A DNA stretch of 64,000 bases. It comes from a virus. The stretch spans positions 1 to 64,000 of IMG/VR virus record IMGVR_UViG_3300025118_004802; one strand, 5' to 3'. The notes beneath the pieces are model-generated. The model did not search any database, was not told where the DNA came from, and worked only from the letters and a program-made list of their open reading frames with translations. Made by a program: the position numbers and the translations under genes. This document shows positions 10,501 through 22,100 of the stretch, piece after piece; within the stretch, counting starts at the first letter, position 1; every line of letters begins with the position of its first letter.

Positions 10501-12173
10501 AAGAAGGGTGCGTATTTGCCGAAATACGTTGGGTTGAGCACAGTAGCTAAGTCAACATCGGCCGATTGGTTGAGCTGTTGTACAAACCCAACAACATTCA
10601 AATACGGTAATATATATAACCTCAAGCTTCTTGGGTTTGTTGCCAGGACTTGTTCAGGCAACTCAAAGTTAATATCGCATGTTCTGTTGCCGTCTTTATC
10701 GAGAACAGCCTCACGTTGAAGTTCGGAATATGGGTTGTTCCCCGTACTCATCATTTCGAAAATGTTGAAGACCTGTGCCACGATCCTACCCTGGGCCCGG
10801 CCATTTAATCCTGCGTCAACATAATCTCTGGGGTTTGGCGAATCAATTTTAAATAACTGGTTCCAACCAGTCTCTGTTGCTGCGTTCCTAAAAAGTTGTT
10901 CAACATACTCGTGAATCTCGCTTACCGGAAGGTGATGATTTTCCTCCTCTTTTACCCAGACAGCGAGGAACTCCAGTTGTTGTGCTAGTTGTTCGTCTGA
11001 CATAAGAGTACTAAAAACCGTGTTGGCCGGCTGGGTTATCTTAACGTTAATTAGAGTCTTTACCGAAACAGTAGAGTCCATATCGTCCATATTGCTTTGA
11101 GCAGTATACAGCACAGATCTGTCAGTCGCAGCATCCCAAGCTTGTTGTCCCGCAATCTGTTCCCCAATCAAGTCTTGGTAATACAATACGCTGGCCCGGC
11201 GGACTATCTCATAGATGAATGGCAAAACAATCGTTTGTAACGCTGTATGATGGTGGCCGTCTAGTTCCTTGCCACGCGGATATAAAGAACTGTAGACATC
11301 TTCTAGGTTTTTCAGACCTGCCAAAGTTATATTATAAGAGGGGGACGCTCCCAATAATAACTCTGTATCTGCACTTAAAACGTATTCCGAAGATAAGTCT
11401 GGAGAGTTGATAAAGTTAATCAACTCATCAATTGCGAAATTTGGTAAGAGTTCGGGAGTGCCTGTGCGACCGACGGCATTATAGGAACCGGGGTCATATG
11501 CTGCGGAGGTGCGGTATAACCAGTCACCCTCAGGAAAATTCCAAGGCTCAATGGGCCCAAATTTGTCAATAACCTGGGCGTCTGTGCGCAAGAACCCATA
11601 ATTCCTCCTGAATCCTCCTTGAGGATTATTGCCTCGATTAAAAACATCCTCAAACCTGGCGGTCTTCCAAGGACCTTGTCTAACAGCAGTCTTCGCAAGG
11701 AACTCTTGCACAATTTTGTTGACGGCGTAAGCATGCTTAGCCTTATTAAAGATTTCCACCCAGTGAGCTAAGCGGTTAGCTGCGGGACGTGAATCAATTG
11801 AAAGGCGCGCCCAGGCCCAGTTTCTAAAAATTTGTAAGTAGCGCCCGTTATCTCGTGAAAAGTCTCTAACCATTTCCAGGTAGGTGCCGGAGGGGCGATG
11901 AAGACGTGGATTAGGATCCCCACTCCACGCGCGAGCGATATACTCCCGACGTTCATCAGCCGTCAAAGCTGGCGAGGTAATATCATAAAAATCATCTACG
12001 GCGTTGCTTATCCTTGCCGCAGTCTCTGCTGCCCTAGGGTTAGGGCCCTCAAACCCAGTCTCCACAATATGAGGGTTATCTTCAATAATCGTGTTGCCAC
12101 CCGAAGAAAGTGAAATACGTCGAACCCTGACTTCTGGGATTGTGGAGTCTACAGCATTAAGATAATCCGCCAT
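7533..12173 (-). CDS. Large hypothetical (putative virion) protein, 1546 aa
   Basis: Long ORF translationally coupled to its neighbours in the structural module; no recognisable catalytic motif. Confidence 0.55.
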   Translation of the reverse strand: MADYLNAVDSTIPEVRVRRISLSSGGNTIIEDNPHIVETGFEGPNPRAAETAARISNAVDDFYDITSPALTADERREYIARAWSGDPNPRLHRPSGTYLEMVRDFSRDNGRYLQIFRNWAWARLSIDSRPAANRLAHWVEIFNKAKHAYAVNKIVQEFLAKTAVRQGPWKTARFEDVFNRGNNPQGGFRRNYGFLRTDAQVIDKFGPIEPWNFPEGDWLYRTSAAYDPGSYNAVGRTGTPELLPNFAIDELINFINSPDLSSEYVLSADTELLLGASPSYNITLAGLKNLEDVYSSLYPRGKELDGHHHTALQTIVLPFIYEIVRRASVLYYQDLIGEQIAGQQAWDAATDRSVLYTAQSNMDDMDSTVSVKTLINVKITQPANTVFSTLMSDEQLAQQLEFLAVWVKEEENHHLPVSEIHEYVEQLFRNAATETGWNQLFKIDSPNPRDYVDAGLNGRAQGRIVAQVFNIFEMMSTGNNPYSELQREAVLDKDGNRTCDINFELPEQVLATNPRSLRLYILPYLNVVGFVQQLNQSADVDLATVLNPTYFGKYAPFFVGNPTGENIIESGALVRTSSVFFVDQNIEGYRSGEQWKGPVFYDSGLYVGEDERGGQLERGWYGGNRRDSSKVQPRLRIDYLPNNKIQDNRIIDKAQRFEYNLGLTNIKEFLPSIGGVNQENNNVIYQRLDPVTDIHITSDSGRVNKLFFGIDMETAVFQNSPIGAFFRRLSPPERREVMTRVEIKSLEVIRHQIRDLQVHNRLGGPDTDYPNVGTRETATAPDIVIDSADIDGTFHKNSTISGKLREVTDLLANKHNGEFTAASSTQANFAYQTGKARFFSAEDLSAANLTGGAYQYGVRFKILDKTQGYLSERRTQLRGLLNDLSQYYNLLMVNGVNAVQNSQDGKGYGISVAQDRQANGNYTVRGNYNNALNRPSDSFIRAMESAASGIPQPVKTIAQRLYKRNGVFINTLATLSADPSSFNREEVSNILRGFLGVCTCSRKTVYRIMDLLQNTMSKIDELLSIAVKPHYPNSEVWAARPAGARPPRDFAIERRSSKTIQAGRTAANGYYYLNARYTVPNNARAISATDGGDWQRWEERYPDGIRILGHEYITALSKKEVKKSFFDPSWGGILENIGSDAGGTPDFAKPSQYSYLTPQYIVLDAHGSNSNQTMEDMQRFPESLQNLDLFVFEHAYNIAATPAHYMEGLRSYDLMVARIRLLNKLIETDNVPAIKEDFYTRPPQSPNRQNPNRNDRYRLGDTLDSIFEFQNATVFTKSSYNYLLNRMVRGVENLAEVVQQDDDSPSAASIMGLDDSFTGYLDPYAVGAQLGSNAYFRTFKVPSSADTAKFFDALLDSQKTSLSRKYINFLFSDVNGPEWRRAEAALEAGNAYNSLPNSVKLILTNGHPEPDRYRNPSNLWARNYDGFVDIHLNKTMEIQVLKGFNTMQDDSGGVLLMDSPRWEKATAQDFDYNVLCRLVPYQNDALRVIHPSYLNMTVFDDMFIVKGRLTADQEANPVAVPELQAAEPQGACDTIYAVTLPMRGVQ

Positions 12174-12175
12174 TG

Positions 12176-13198
12176 CTAATCCTCACACGGCCCGAGACCG
12201 TCCTCCTCATTGAGTGGAATACCATAAACGTCTTCATTCTTTGCGTCGTCATCAGTAGTGCACTCCACACTTCGTTTATCAAAAATACCCTTTGCTGGAT
12301 CGGCTGGCTTAAGCCTGCACATTATATCTTGGTCAATTTCTTTGTCCACAAATATATCTAAAAAGTACTCAACATAAGTAGAATCTAGAACAGGATTTAT
12401 TGCAAGATTGGCATCGTCACTGGCAAAGGACATGGCCGAACCGGTATAATGACAGGTTGTGGCACGCTCGTTGTTCAAAAAGTCAACAGTACCATTAAGC
12501 TCAGTTACTTCTATATCAAAATTTTCTTTAGAAAAGACACCGTGAACTTCAAATAAGTCTAAGATCAGATCTTCTTTCTTAAAGATTATCGCACTGCGAT
12601 CATTGAATACGTGGATTATCTCAACGTCATCAGAATCCTCATACCCCCAATCATCAACATTCTGGACAGTCTCTAATACACAATTCAGGTTAGCCGTAAC
12701 CTGTGGAATACGTCGTGAAGGGTGGGCTGGGGGACCACCAGGACGATCAGCAACAACGCTAGAAGTTAGATATGATGACGCACTATCAAATTGGTTACGT
12801 AAGGCACTAACCTTCCATGCGGGTATAAATTCGCTAGCTGGGCTGGCGGTACCAAGTGGGGGACCCAAGGCGTATTCTTTTTCTTTCACGCTCTGAAATG
12901 GTATGAAATCAGTATCATTAATTTCAGGCTTTTCGGTGCGCACTTCGTTGATCACTTGTTTAACCGATGTTTCAGCGCCCACATAGTTTACCTGGTTTTT
13001 AATTCGTAGAGAACCTGTGATGCGGGGTTGTGAATCATTGCGAGCCTCCGCTACTCCGCCGGCATTTCCGTCGTAAATAATGTCGTCGTCAAAGAAACTG
13101 TAGTAGACAGGTTTAAATTTGCCCTCAGACAAAAGTCTTTTACCATGAGTGGTTAACTCAATATCAATGACATCTTCTTTTTTATTATAAAACGACAT
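12176..13198 (-). CDS. Putative baseplate/structural protein
   Basis: N-terminal DIELTTHGKRLLSEG...YYSFFDDDIIYD resembles the N-terminus of 3724..4677. Confidence 0.55.
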   Translation of the reverse strand: MSFYNKKEDVIDIELTTHGKRLLSEGKFKPVYYSFFDDDIIYDGNAGGVAEARNDSQPRITGSLRIKNQVNYVGAETSVKQVINEVRTEKPEINDTDFIPFQSVKEKEYALGPPLGTASPASEFIPAWKVSALRNQFDSASSYLTSSVVADRPGGPPAHPSRRIPQVTANLNCVLETVQNVDDWGYEDSDDVEIIHVFNDRSAIIFKKEDLILDLFEVHGVFSKENFDIEVTELNGTVDFLNNERATTCHYTGSAMSFASDDANLAINPVLDSTYVEYFLDIFVDKEIDQDIMCRLKPADPAKGIFDKRSVECTTDDDAKNEDVYGIPLNEEDGLGPCED

Positions 13199-16100
13199 TA
13201 TTCATCCCCTCCGTCGGCAGCCCCAGCGATGTCGCCGGCGGGAGCCGGGGGTGGCGCAGGCGCGTCCGCTGTATACTCGACAGACGCGTCTATCTTAGCT
13301 AATTCAACTAAGGAGAAGAAGTCATACGGCCAGTTGTAACTGTATGGTGGTTCTGCGCTTTTCGAGCTTCCGGGCCGGCCGAAAAGCTGTTCGTAACTAA
13401 AGCGAGCGTCATCAGCGCTGTCCAAAGTTTTACGGTAATAATTCATCTTGGCGCGCTGTTTAACCTTGAACACCATAAATTTAATATTTCGGATATCGCG
13501 GGTGCGGCCGTGTCGTTGCAGGTGAATAAGATCATTGAGTAAGAGGTCGTCACTAATCGTAGCCGTGGCTGTCTCCATCCTCTCATGGATTGATGGAGGC
13601 AGGTTTTGCCAGATATCAGTAACGTCAAGAGTCGTTAGTTGGTGTTTAAACTCAAATATAAACATCGAAATAGGTAGCACCGTGCCAGGGCGATTTTGGC
13701 CTTGTGGCCCGGCGCGCCAACCATCGTAATAGAGACAATTAAACTGGGGTGGCATGACATATTCACCCATTTTTCGAAATTGCTCGGCTAACTCGAAATA
13801 AGGATTGGAAGTAGGGAGAACCGTGTTCTCTTCCAGAAGCGACAAAGCAAAGTGCGCGTCTTGTGTAGAAATGGGATAGAAATCCTTGCCATCCGGAGTC
13901 TCTTGATACGGAATTGCTACAACGGCCTCTTTGATCTCTTTTTCAATTGCAGGCTTTCCAAGCGGTTCTGCTCCACGCTTGAAACCCATCAAATCAACGA
14001 GCGAGCCTGTAACGGCTGTCCGGACGGGTGGCGTATCTAGGTTATAGAGGCGCCCCCACTGTAGAAGCGATTGGTCGTATACATCAGCATTAACACTATC
14101 CCTAATTTCTAAAAAGATCCCTTCGCCTGGTGGCGGCGTGGCGCCATACTGGTGCCACATGCCAAAAGTTACGATACTGTTGGCATCAGTATGAGTAATG
14201 GGGGGCTGCGGATAAATCCCCCTAGCTGCTAAAGAAGACGATCTAAAATCCAAGATAGGCGTTTCAAAGCGACTTTGAATTACCAATACCTCCGATTCAG
14301 AATCGGAGAGCCCCTCTGGCGCTCTTGATATCGCACCAAATGATACATCCTTTGCTCTTACTTTTACCAGTTCTGCAGGGTTTTGAGAAATATTAAGGGA
14401 TGCGCTTATTTGAGAGCCGTCCACCCACGCGGGGCCAAACTGTAAGGCGCCAACAGGATCAACTAGGCCGTCAAGATGATAATATTTCACAGTCATATTG
14501 GAAAGGATCTCATCCAACGAATAGACCTGCCCCTCGCCGGCGCCGCGGAAAGGTACAAACTCAAGCCGAGCAATAGAAGGATAAGAAAGATGAGAAGGAG
14601 TAAAAGGAAAACATTGCCAGTTATAAATAGCAGCGTTGAGGCCGTCCGTCATTTCTTTGGAAGAATTAACCGGGGGCCCGAATGCAAGACCAGTGTAGTC
14701 AGTCCAGCCCGTCTCGCCGGCGACGCCCTTGCCCTGGATCTGATTATACATCATAGGAAAGTTTAGCGTCGATGGATCGGGCGCGGACCCCATGTGCGCT
14801 GGGCCAGGAAGGGGTCCAGGAGTGCTACCCGTAGATACGTTTTGAGAAATTATAACGTCCATAGAAAAAACATCAGCGACAGAATTTCCCGTATTACCAA
14901 AATTTGCATCCCCGTCAGGCAAGGAGACCAAAGAAGTAAGAGTGGAATCCTTCAAGAAAAAGTCAATTGTTTCGGCCAAGAAATTGTGCATCGCCATCTT
15001 ATACCGACTATCGAAGGAACCATGAAGAGATGCGGTAGCATTTATCTCGGTCCTATTAATCTCAGGTTCGTTCACACCACGAGTGGGGTGGTCAGCATCA
15101 ATATATTGTTGTTCTATATCTCGTATGTTATTCAAGACTCTCTCTGGTTCCAGCAGGGACTCGAAGGGCGCCCGATAACTAGCGCTAAGACAGATATAAG
15201 AACCAGAGGCGTTCTTCCCGACGTACGCATTGTAGTCGGCATCTTTAGCTGTAGGGTCTGTTAAGAAGTCATCAGAACCAGTATAGATTGGCCAGTCAAC
15301 GGCGAGACCCGACTTGATTGTATTATAAAGTATGCCAGGAGCGAAGAAAGGCTGTAAGGCCGCTCGGAAACGCTGATCGGCCGGGGGGTAGAAGCCGAGC
15401 GGTGCTATTCCGCGGCCGCCAGCTAGCCAAGGCGCGCCGCTGCAACTCATTGCCGGCCCATAAGACTGCGAGAATAAAGTAGCCAATTGCACACTTCTTT
15501 GTGCTGGATAGAAGCCGTTATACGGCAAGAACTTTTTGATCGCTCGACAACTAAGGGTTAACCGCGTGGGGTTCATGTCGGTACCTTCGTTTATATCATC
15601 TAACACATCAAAGTACTTTAACATGTCTGTCAAAGAATATTCTTCAAAGAAACCGTCCATTGAACTACTAGCAACAACGCCGGCGGGCAATGCGTTATTG
15701 AGTACCGCCCCAGTTAAGCTTAACATCCCCGGCACTTCTTCGTGCACCTGCGCGCCGCGGCCGAACGACCCCCAGGTGGGAGGCGTCGGGGGCCGGGCCC
15801 GGGACGGGTCCGAGTGGGGCTCAAACTCACCATTGCGTTCAGTAATATAGTAAGCCATGTGATCGCTAATTCGGAACTCAGGAACTATTGTATAATCCGG
15901 AGCTTTAACTCGAATATCAGCCGCATAGGCATCATACGATTCATAGTAGAAAGGATTCTTCCCCGCCTCGGCGCCGGCTGTCCATCGTACACCAGCAAGA
16001 CCTCGAAATGTTCCCGCATCGGGGCCCGGAACACCGGCGCGATTGTAAGACACGCCCAAGCCAAAATGGGTTTCGGAGTCGCCGGGCTCGACGCTCGATG

Positions 16101-19100
16101 TGCCATACGCAATACTATATCGATTCTGCAACTCACCAGCTCTCCCGAAGGAGGACGGGACATTGGATGCACCAGAGACGTGACCGTTATAACGAGCATC
16201 CAACACCCATATACTCTGGGTCCCGATCGGCCATCCTTGCGAGTTTACATAGCGCCAGTAACGCTCGGCGGCGGGGATCAAGTCGCCGGCGGGCGTGTAG
16301 ACGTCGTACCAGTTCGTTGGCGTGCGCGAGCCGCTGAGTGGGTGCCAGAAATCAACAATAAACGCTTCTCTCTGTCTGACTTTGGCCAAGAAAGCGTTCT
16401 TGCCGCGAGGGAAGATTGTTTCCTGATAGGTGAACTTTCTCAAGGCATGTTCCGGTGGCATATAGCCGTTCTTGGTGGCGTCCATGATATTTGTATGAAC
16501 CTCGTCCACATCACGAGGCAATAAGTAAGTGTAAAGAGCAGTATTGACTTCTTCATTAAACGTCTCCATTTGATTGGAGAAAGTATCAGTAAGAATAATC
16601 TCGTTCGGCGAGCGCTGGGGGCCCATCTCATGAATTAATGGCTTGTACTTAGACGTTACCATTGACTGTGTAGCATTAATCATGTATGCTGAGCGGGCCG
16701 CGAAGGAGTTGCGACGCGAATCTGCGTTATACTTGTGGTCATAATCGCTGCCAAGCTGCCTTATAGTTTGACGTGCAATTGGAAGAACAGATAGCTGACT
16801 CTCTTTCTTATGTTGCCTAGCAACTGGATGCTCACCTGTTCTAATTTGTTTCCATGAGGGATATTGATAGGGACCGTTTCGGTGGTTTAAGAGTCCGTTG
16901 AGCATTCTCACTTCGCCCCCCGTCCGTGTGGAAACCGGGAACGCTGACCATATATCTACCAAACCTCCTTGATATATCTGGTCGGCGCGCTCGCCCAGAA
17001 GGCCCCAACTATAGCTCAAAGGATACCCTGCGATATTCGTACTCGAAGTAACTGGCTCATAAAGGTTGGTATTGAGGCCCACGAAATCATCATGAATGAA
17101 TTGGTCAGCGCCCTTCTGTGCTACCGGGGTGGCGTAGCGGCGGCGCGCCTGGGCGTCGTCGGGGTCCACGTACGTACCCAGATCGCTGCTACTAAGAAAC
17201 GTTATGTCCGTTGAAGAAGTTGTGTATCCGAACGCATCCGAACTTAACATCGAAGAAGTTATCCACATATATTGTGAATCAGATTGAGGAATGGCATGCT
17301 GCACAAACATATTGTCATAAATGCGCGTGCCCAGAGTTGCAACGGTGCGGCCGCTAGCAGTCATGGAACTGCGCACGAAGCCGGCGGCGACTGAGTCGTG
17401 AGGGATCAAGGGGAAACTACCCGTGGCGCCATCGATTATCAAATCAGGTGTGTCACCGGGGGTGTTTCCAAATCTCCACCACGCCTTTAAGGAACTGGAA
17501 ATACCCAGTTCGGGGCCGGCGGCGAGGATGCCTCTCATAGACTGATAAGGGTTAACGAGACCAAATGTGTATGAATCAGAACCTATATACCTACACGTAT
17601 GTTTGTTCGCAGTGACGGAGAGATATTCGTCATAGACTTGCATACCGGCCATTTCGCCTTTAAAGAAGGCGCCGGGATTGGCGTCGCCGTATCCGTCGGC
17701 AGAGGCCGAGGGCGAGCCGCCAACACACAGGTTGGGGACGCCGCTGTAAGTAATTTTAAAGTAACCTCCCTCGTCGACGTAAACTCCATCGATATACAAA
17801 GCAGCGGTGCGGCCGGAGTCGTAGTGCAGTACACTGACAAAATGCCACTCACCATCGACTATAGAATTTGTCGATACTGCCGCTGGGGATGCGGGGATAT
17901 CACCTTCCTCCTCATAAATAGCAATTTTTCCATCACTCTTTCGAACACACAACAAGAGTTCCAGGCCGGTGCCCCCCTCATCATAAATCGCCCAGACAGT
18001 ACCGTAATCCTCAGAGGGGGTTTCCGCCTTTATCCAACAACCAATCGTAAAATCGATGTTGTAGCCGATGCTCGGCCCCTGGATGATATCATACAGATTC
18101 GCTTTATACATGCCGCTTGTACCATCAAAATAAGTACCCATACCCCCCTTGACAGCCTCCCACTTGCCCGGGCTTGGGATTATTGAACCAAGAGGGGCGT
18201 CAACGAATAACTGGGGATTGTTGTTTGCATCCGGATGTGGGAGCGCCGGCGATTCGAAGCGTGAACTATCCCGCAGCATGTATGGTTCCGCATTAATTCC
18301 ATAGTCCATATAAGGAGCATTGCCCATTTGGTACCAAGCGACCAGCGTCCCAGAACATGGATGTTGGTTGAGGTCACAGGGGCCTGCTTGGTTGGCACCA
18401 AACTTATAAAGTTGTGTGATATCACTTCCTGTAAGTTCGGAATTCCAAAATGCAATATCGGTTATTGAGCCCTTAAATTCCGACGTCATGCCGGTATCTT
18501 CAGCGCCGATCCCAATTTTGGACGTGCCAGCATAGGAGGCCGATACGGCGCCATTAGCTACTGCCTTTCCATTCACATAAAGAGTAGAATAGGTAATGCC
18601 ACCATCTCCGTTATAGCGACCGGTCACGCCTACGTGCATCCATTCACCCGCCTGAGCACTATAAGTGCTAGAGTTAATAGCAGACGCGCCATTTTGTGCC
18701 TCCACAAAAAATCGGCCAAGGGTGCCGCCGGATTCCTCAGCCCGGAGATGTATGGTGTCGAGGCCGCCGCCGGCGGGTCCTATGAAAAAAACCACTCCAT
18801 CTTGCGAAAGTGAAGTAGGCACCTTTATCCAAGCAAAAGTAGAAAAAGAAGAGTTTTGAAGTCCTAATTCAGATATAGCCAACCCAGACAAGTAGAGGTC
18901 ATTTGTTCCATCAAAATAAATCGAATAATTGCTATACCACCGAGCATCATTCTCATACCTTCTGGCAACGTTTTGGTTAACTTTATGATATGAGGCAGAT
19001 ATTAAGTGCTGAACATTATCTAATTGGGCCGAGCTTGAAAGCGTATTTGCTTTCATCCCATACTTAGCGGCGTGTTGTGCAAAAAGAGAGTTTAATGGTT

Positions 19101-22100
19101 GGCGAACCGTGAGGTTACGCCACGGAAGCGCGTTGTATGGAGAGTACTCTTCTGAAGTGTAGTCTCGTGTTCCTCTCGCCATCACCTCTGATGAACCTGG
19201 GGCGCTGAATCTCTCGACAAAAACGCTCTTATTTGTAGTGCGGGTGGGAAGAGTATAATCAATAACTCCAGTGACATAGGATGAGCCACTACTTGCAATC
19301 GTGAGGTTCTCTATCGAAAGGTTGTTAATCCTCCTTCCGCTTGTTTGCACCACTTGGTAATTCTGATCAAAGTTGCCAATCTTTGTGACACCAGAGCTTG
19401 TAACTTGTTGAATGTTTGCAATGTTAACCGGGCGCTTGGCATAGGTTTCCCTTGTTCTGTTGGCGAAACCAGCGTTCGCATCGGCGGCAGAGCCTGTGAA
19501 ATCAATAGCACCGCCAGCAACAGTTATAGTGCCGGGGGAGGAGCCGACCTCATCGCCCATTATTATGCGGAAACCTTCAGGACGGTCGTACCTCGTGTTA
19601 AGATCGCGTTCCGAGGATGAATAATTCACGTCTACGTGGCGATATTGGTAGCCTCCAACGTATTTCTCGGTGAAGGGACCCTGAAGTGGTATCTCATAAT
19701 CAGGACCGTATGAATCATTGTGAAGATTGGTTAGTGCGGTTCCTTCAAAGCCCGCAACATCCTGAATCTCCTTAACGTACCCTGTGGACACGGAAGAAGA
19801 ATAAAACGTAAATGGAGCGCTGTCTTTGGCAACCTCTGTCGGGGATCCATCATTAGCTGAGCCAGTGTGAGTATAATACGATATCCTCTTTTTGGCAGCC
19901 GGATTGCCCGACGCGTCTGTGAATACTGGCTTTAAGACGTCATCGCAGTCTTCAATTTGTTCGAGATCGGAACCTGAGATATATACGTAATCATGGTAAA
20001 GTTGTGTAGAATCTTCATCCTTAACGTTGTCGAACGTTGATAGTACTGATTTTTCTTTTGCGTTTGTTGGGGCGTTAGAACCCCCCTTTATATTTCGTAC
20101 CTCAACAGCGCTGAATTTGTAGGGCGAGTCAAGCCGTCGATTTAAAACTTGCAATGAAGCAGACAGATACTCAGTCCTGTTCTCGTTGACTGCGGGATTC
20201 CCAGAAGCGCTGATTGCCCCAATCGTGCGCTCGGCGCGCTCCTTCCACCAGAAACAATTAACGTCTTGTTGATTTCCAATACCACCAGTCAATTTTGCTG
20301 GAGAAGAACCGTTGGCTCCAGCAGCAACCATCTGCCCCACGACATCCGTAAACACAATTTCATTACCTGCAGATCCGATCCTGGTCGCACTTACAGTTAT
20401 CGTTGGGTTGGTTCCGAGCGTGGCGGAAATGCCTGCGACACCATTAGTCGCGTCACCGGCCCCTGTTCCATACGCGACAGAATTAGAAGGTGACGGAGTG
20501 CCTCCAGTTATAGCGATAACGAGTCGAGCAAGAATTGCGGCGGCGGTGCCAGCCGTGCTAACTTCTACCTGATTCGCGGTTCCGGAAGATGGGGTTCCAG
20601 ACACCATTTTGACAGTTATATCGGTACCAGATACGCCGGTGTCTGTCGCAACATTAACTGTAAACTTATCATTGTCGCTGAAACCGGTTAATGTTAACAG
20701 ATCAGCAAATGAGGCGCCCTTCGATGGGGCTGCGTGTCCAAATTTCCAGTTATATAGTAATTCGTTAATACCGCGAGCGGCGTCTTCAGGATCTGAGAAC
20801 TTGCTCTCAAGTGTTGGGAACTTATTCCAATACTTATTCCTTTCGAGTACGTGGCTCTCCACCATGGTGCGGACACCTTCAGAGAATTTTGCCGACGCTG
20901 GAATCATTTGAACCAACATCAGAGTCAGAGAACTGTCAATCCATTTGTAATACTCTAGATATTTTTCAAAATCTATAGTACTATTGGACACCCCTTCAAA
21001 GAATAGCTGACGAAGCTTTCCTAAGATCTTATATTCTTGACGATAGCGATTAACGGGGTCTCCAATCAAATTATTGAAGTCTTTAATAGTGGCAAAGAAA
21101 TCAATCATCTGGCGCGAGACTGCCTCGTACATGCTCTTTTCAATCGAGAAGTAATAATTAGTTGGCCTGGAATCGAGAGTGAAATTGACGTCGTCCTGCG
21201 AAAGGATGTTTACCATCTCTGAACTATCAACGTACTCGGGTAATGTTTGTTTTGAGGCATACAAAAATTGTGTGTCCACGACAGTTGTCTGGTTGGCTAA
21301 GTAGTCCTCACCACGACCTGTGTGTTGGGATCTGAGCATTGGACCGAGCCACCCATAAGTGTTTGTACCACCTGGGATGGCTGTAACGGAACCCGAGGAT
21401 ACATCAGGTACCGCAAACCCTGCTGTGTATCCTGTTCCTCCGTCGCCGGCATCAGAGCCGGTCACGGTTGCAAAATCCCAATCCAACAGAAGGGTCTCTA
21501 TTGAAGGAAGATAAGAGCCAGTGCAGTCTTGGAAAACATACGCATTTCTATAAGGGTGTGCAGCACCAAAACTAGTAGGATCCTTTGCGTGAGCCAGAAT
21601 GGTTGTGTTGTCCAGTACGTCCAGCCATGCACGTGCAGAGGAAATCTTGGCATCTGACTTTTGTAGGGCCCCCCCCAGGAAGTTCGTCTTGTTTGCTCCA
21701 ACGAAAACACGCTTCGAGGACGTCATGAATTGCTTCGCGTAGTCCCCATCCATGCTGGCAGTTAAGTAAAACTCGTTCTCAATCTGATTATAGTTCAGAT
21801 TAACACCGTAAAATTCAACTTTGTATGGTTGGTTGTCTCTTGTTGGTAAGGTTCCCGATACCTCCGAAGATAGTGGATATGAAGACGGGCCGATCTTGAC
21901 GGCGAAGTTCCAACGTTGGTTTTCATAAACGCCGGGGATCGCCGAAGACGTGAGAGCCGGATGGAAGAACCCACCCGCAGAACCAGTCAAGATGAATCGC
22001 GCGGCGCCGGCCGAAATATCTTCGGCGCCCGGGGTATAGTCTTTGGCAGCTAATACTTGGAAGTTGGCCACGTCTGGTGAGTTCCAAGCAACCTCTGCGC

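Noticed and set aside
15742-16524. 260-aa plus-strand ORF and the many other short plus-strand ORFs in the track
   Set aside because: Antisense shadows of long minus-strand genes; the minus strand already tiles the window with coupled genes.
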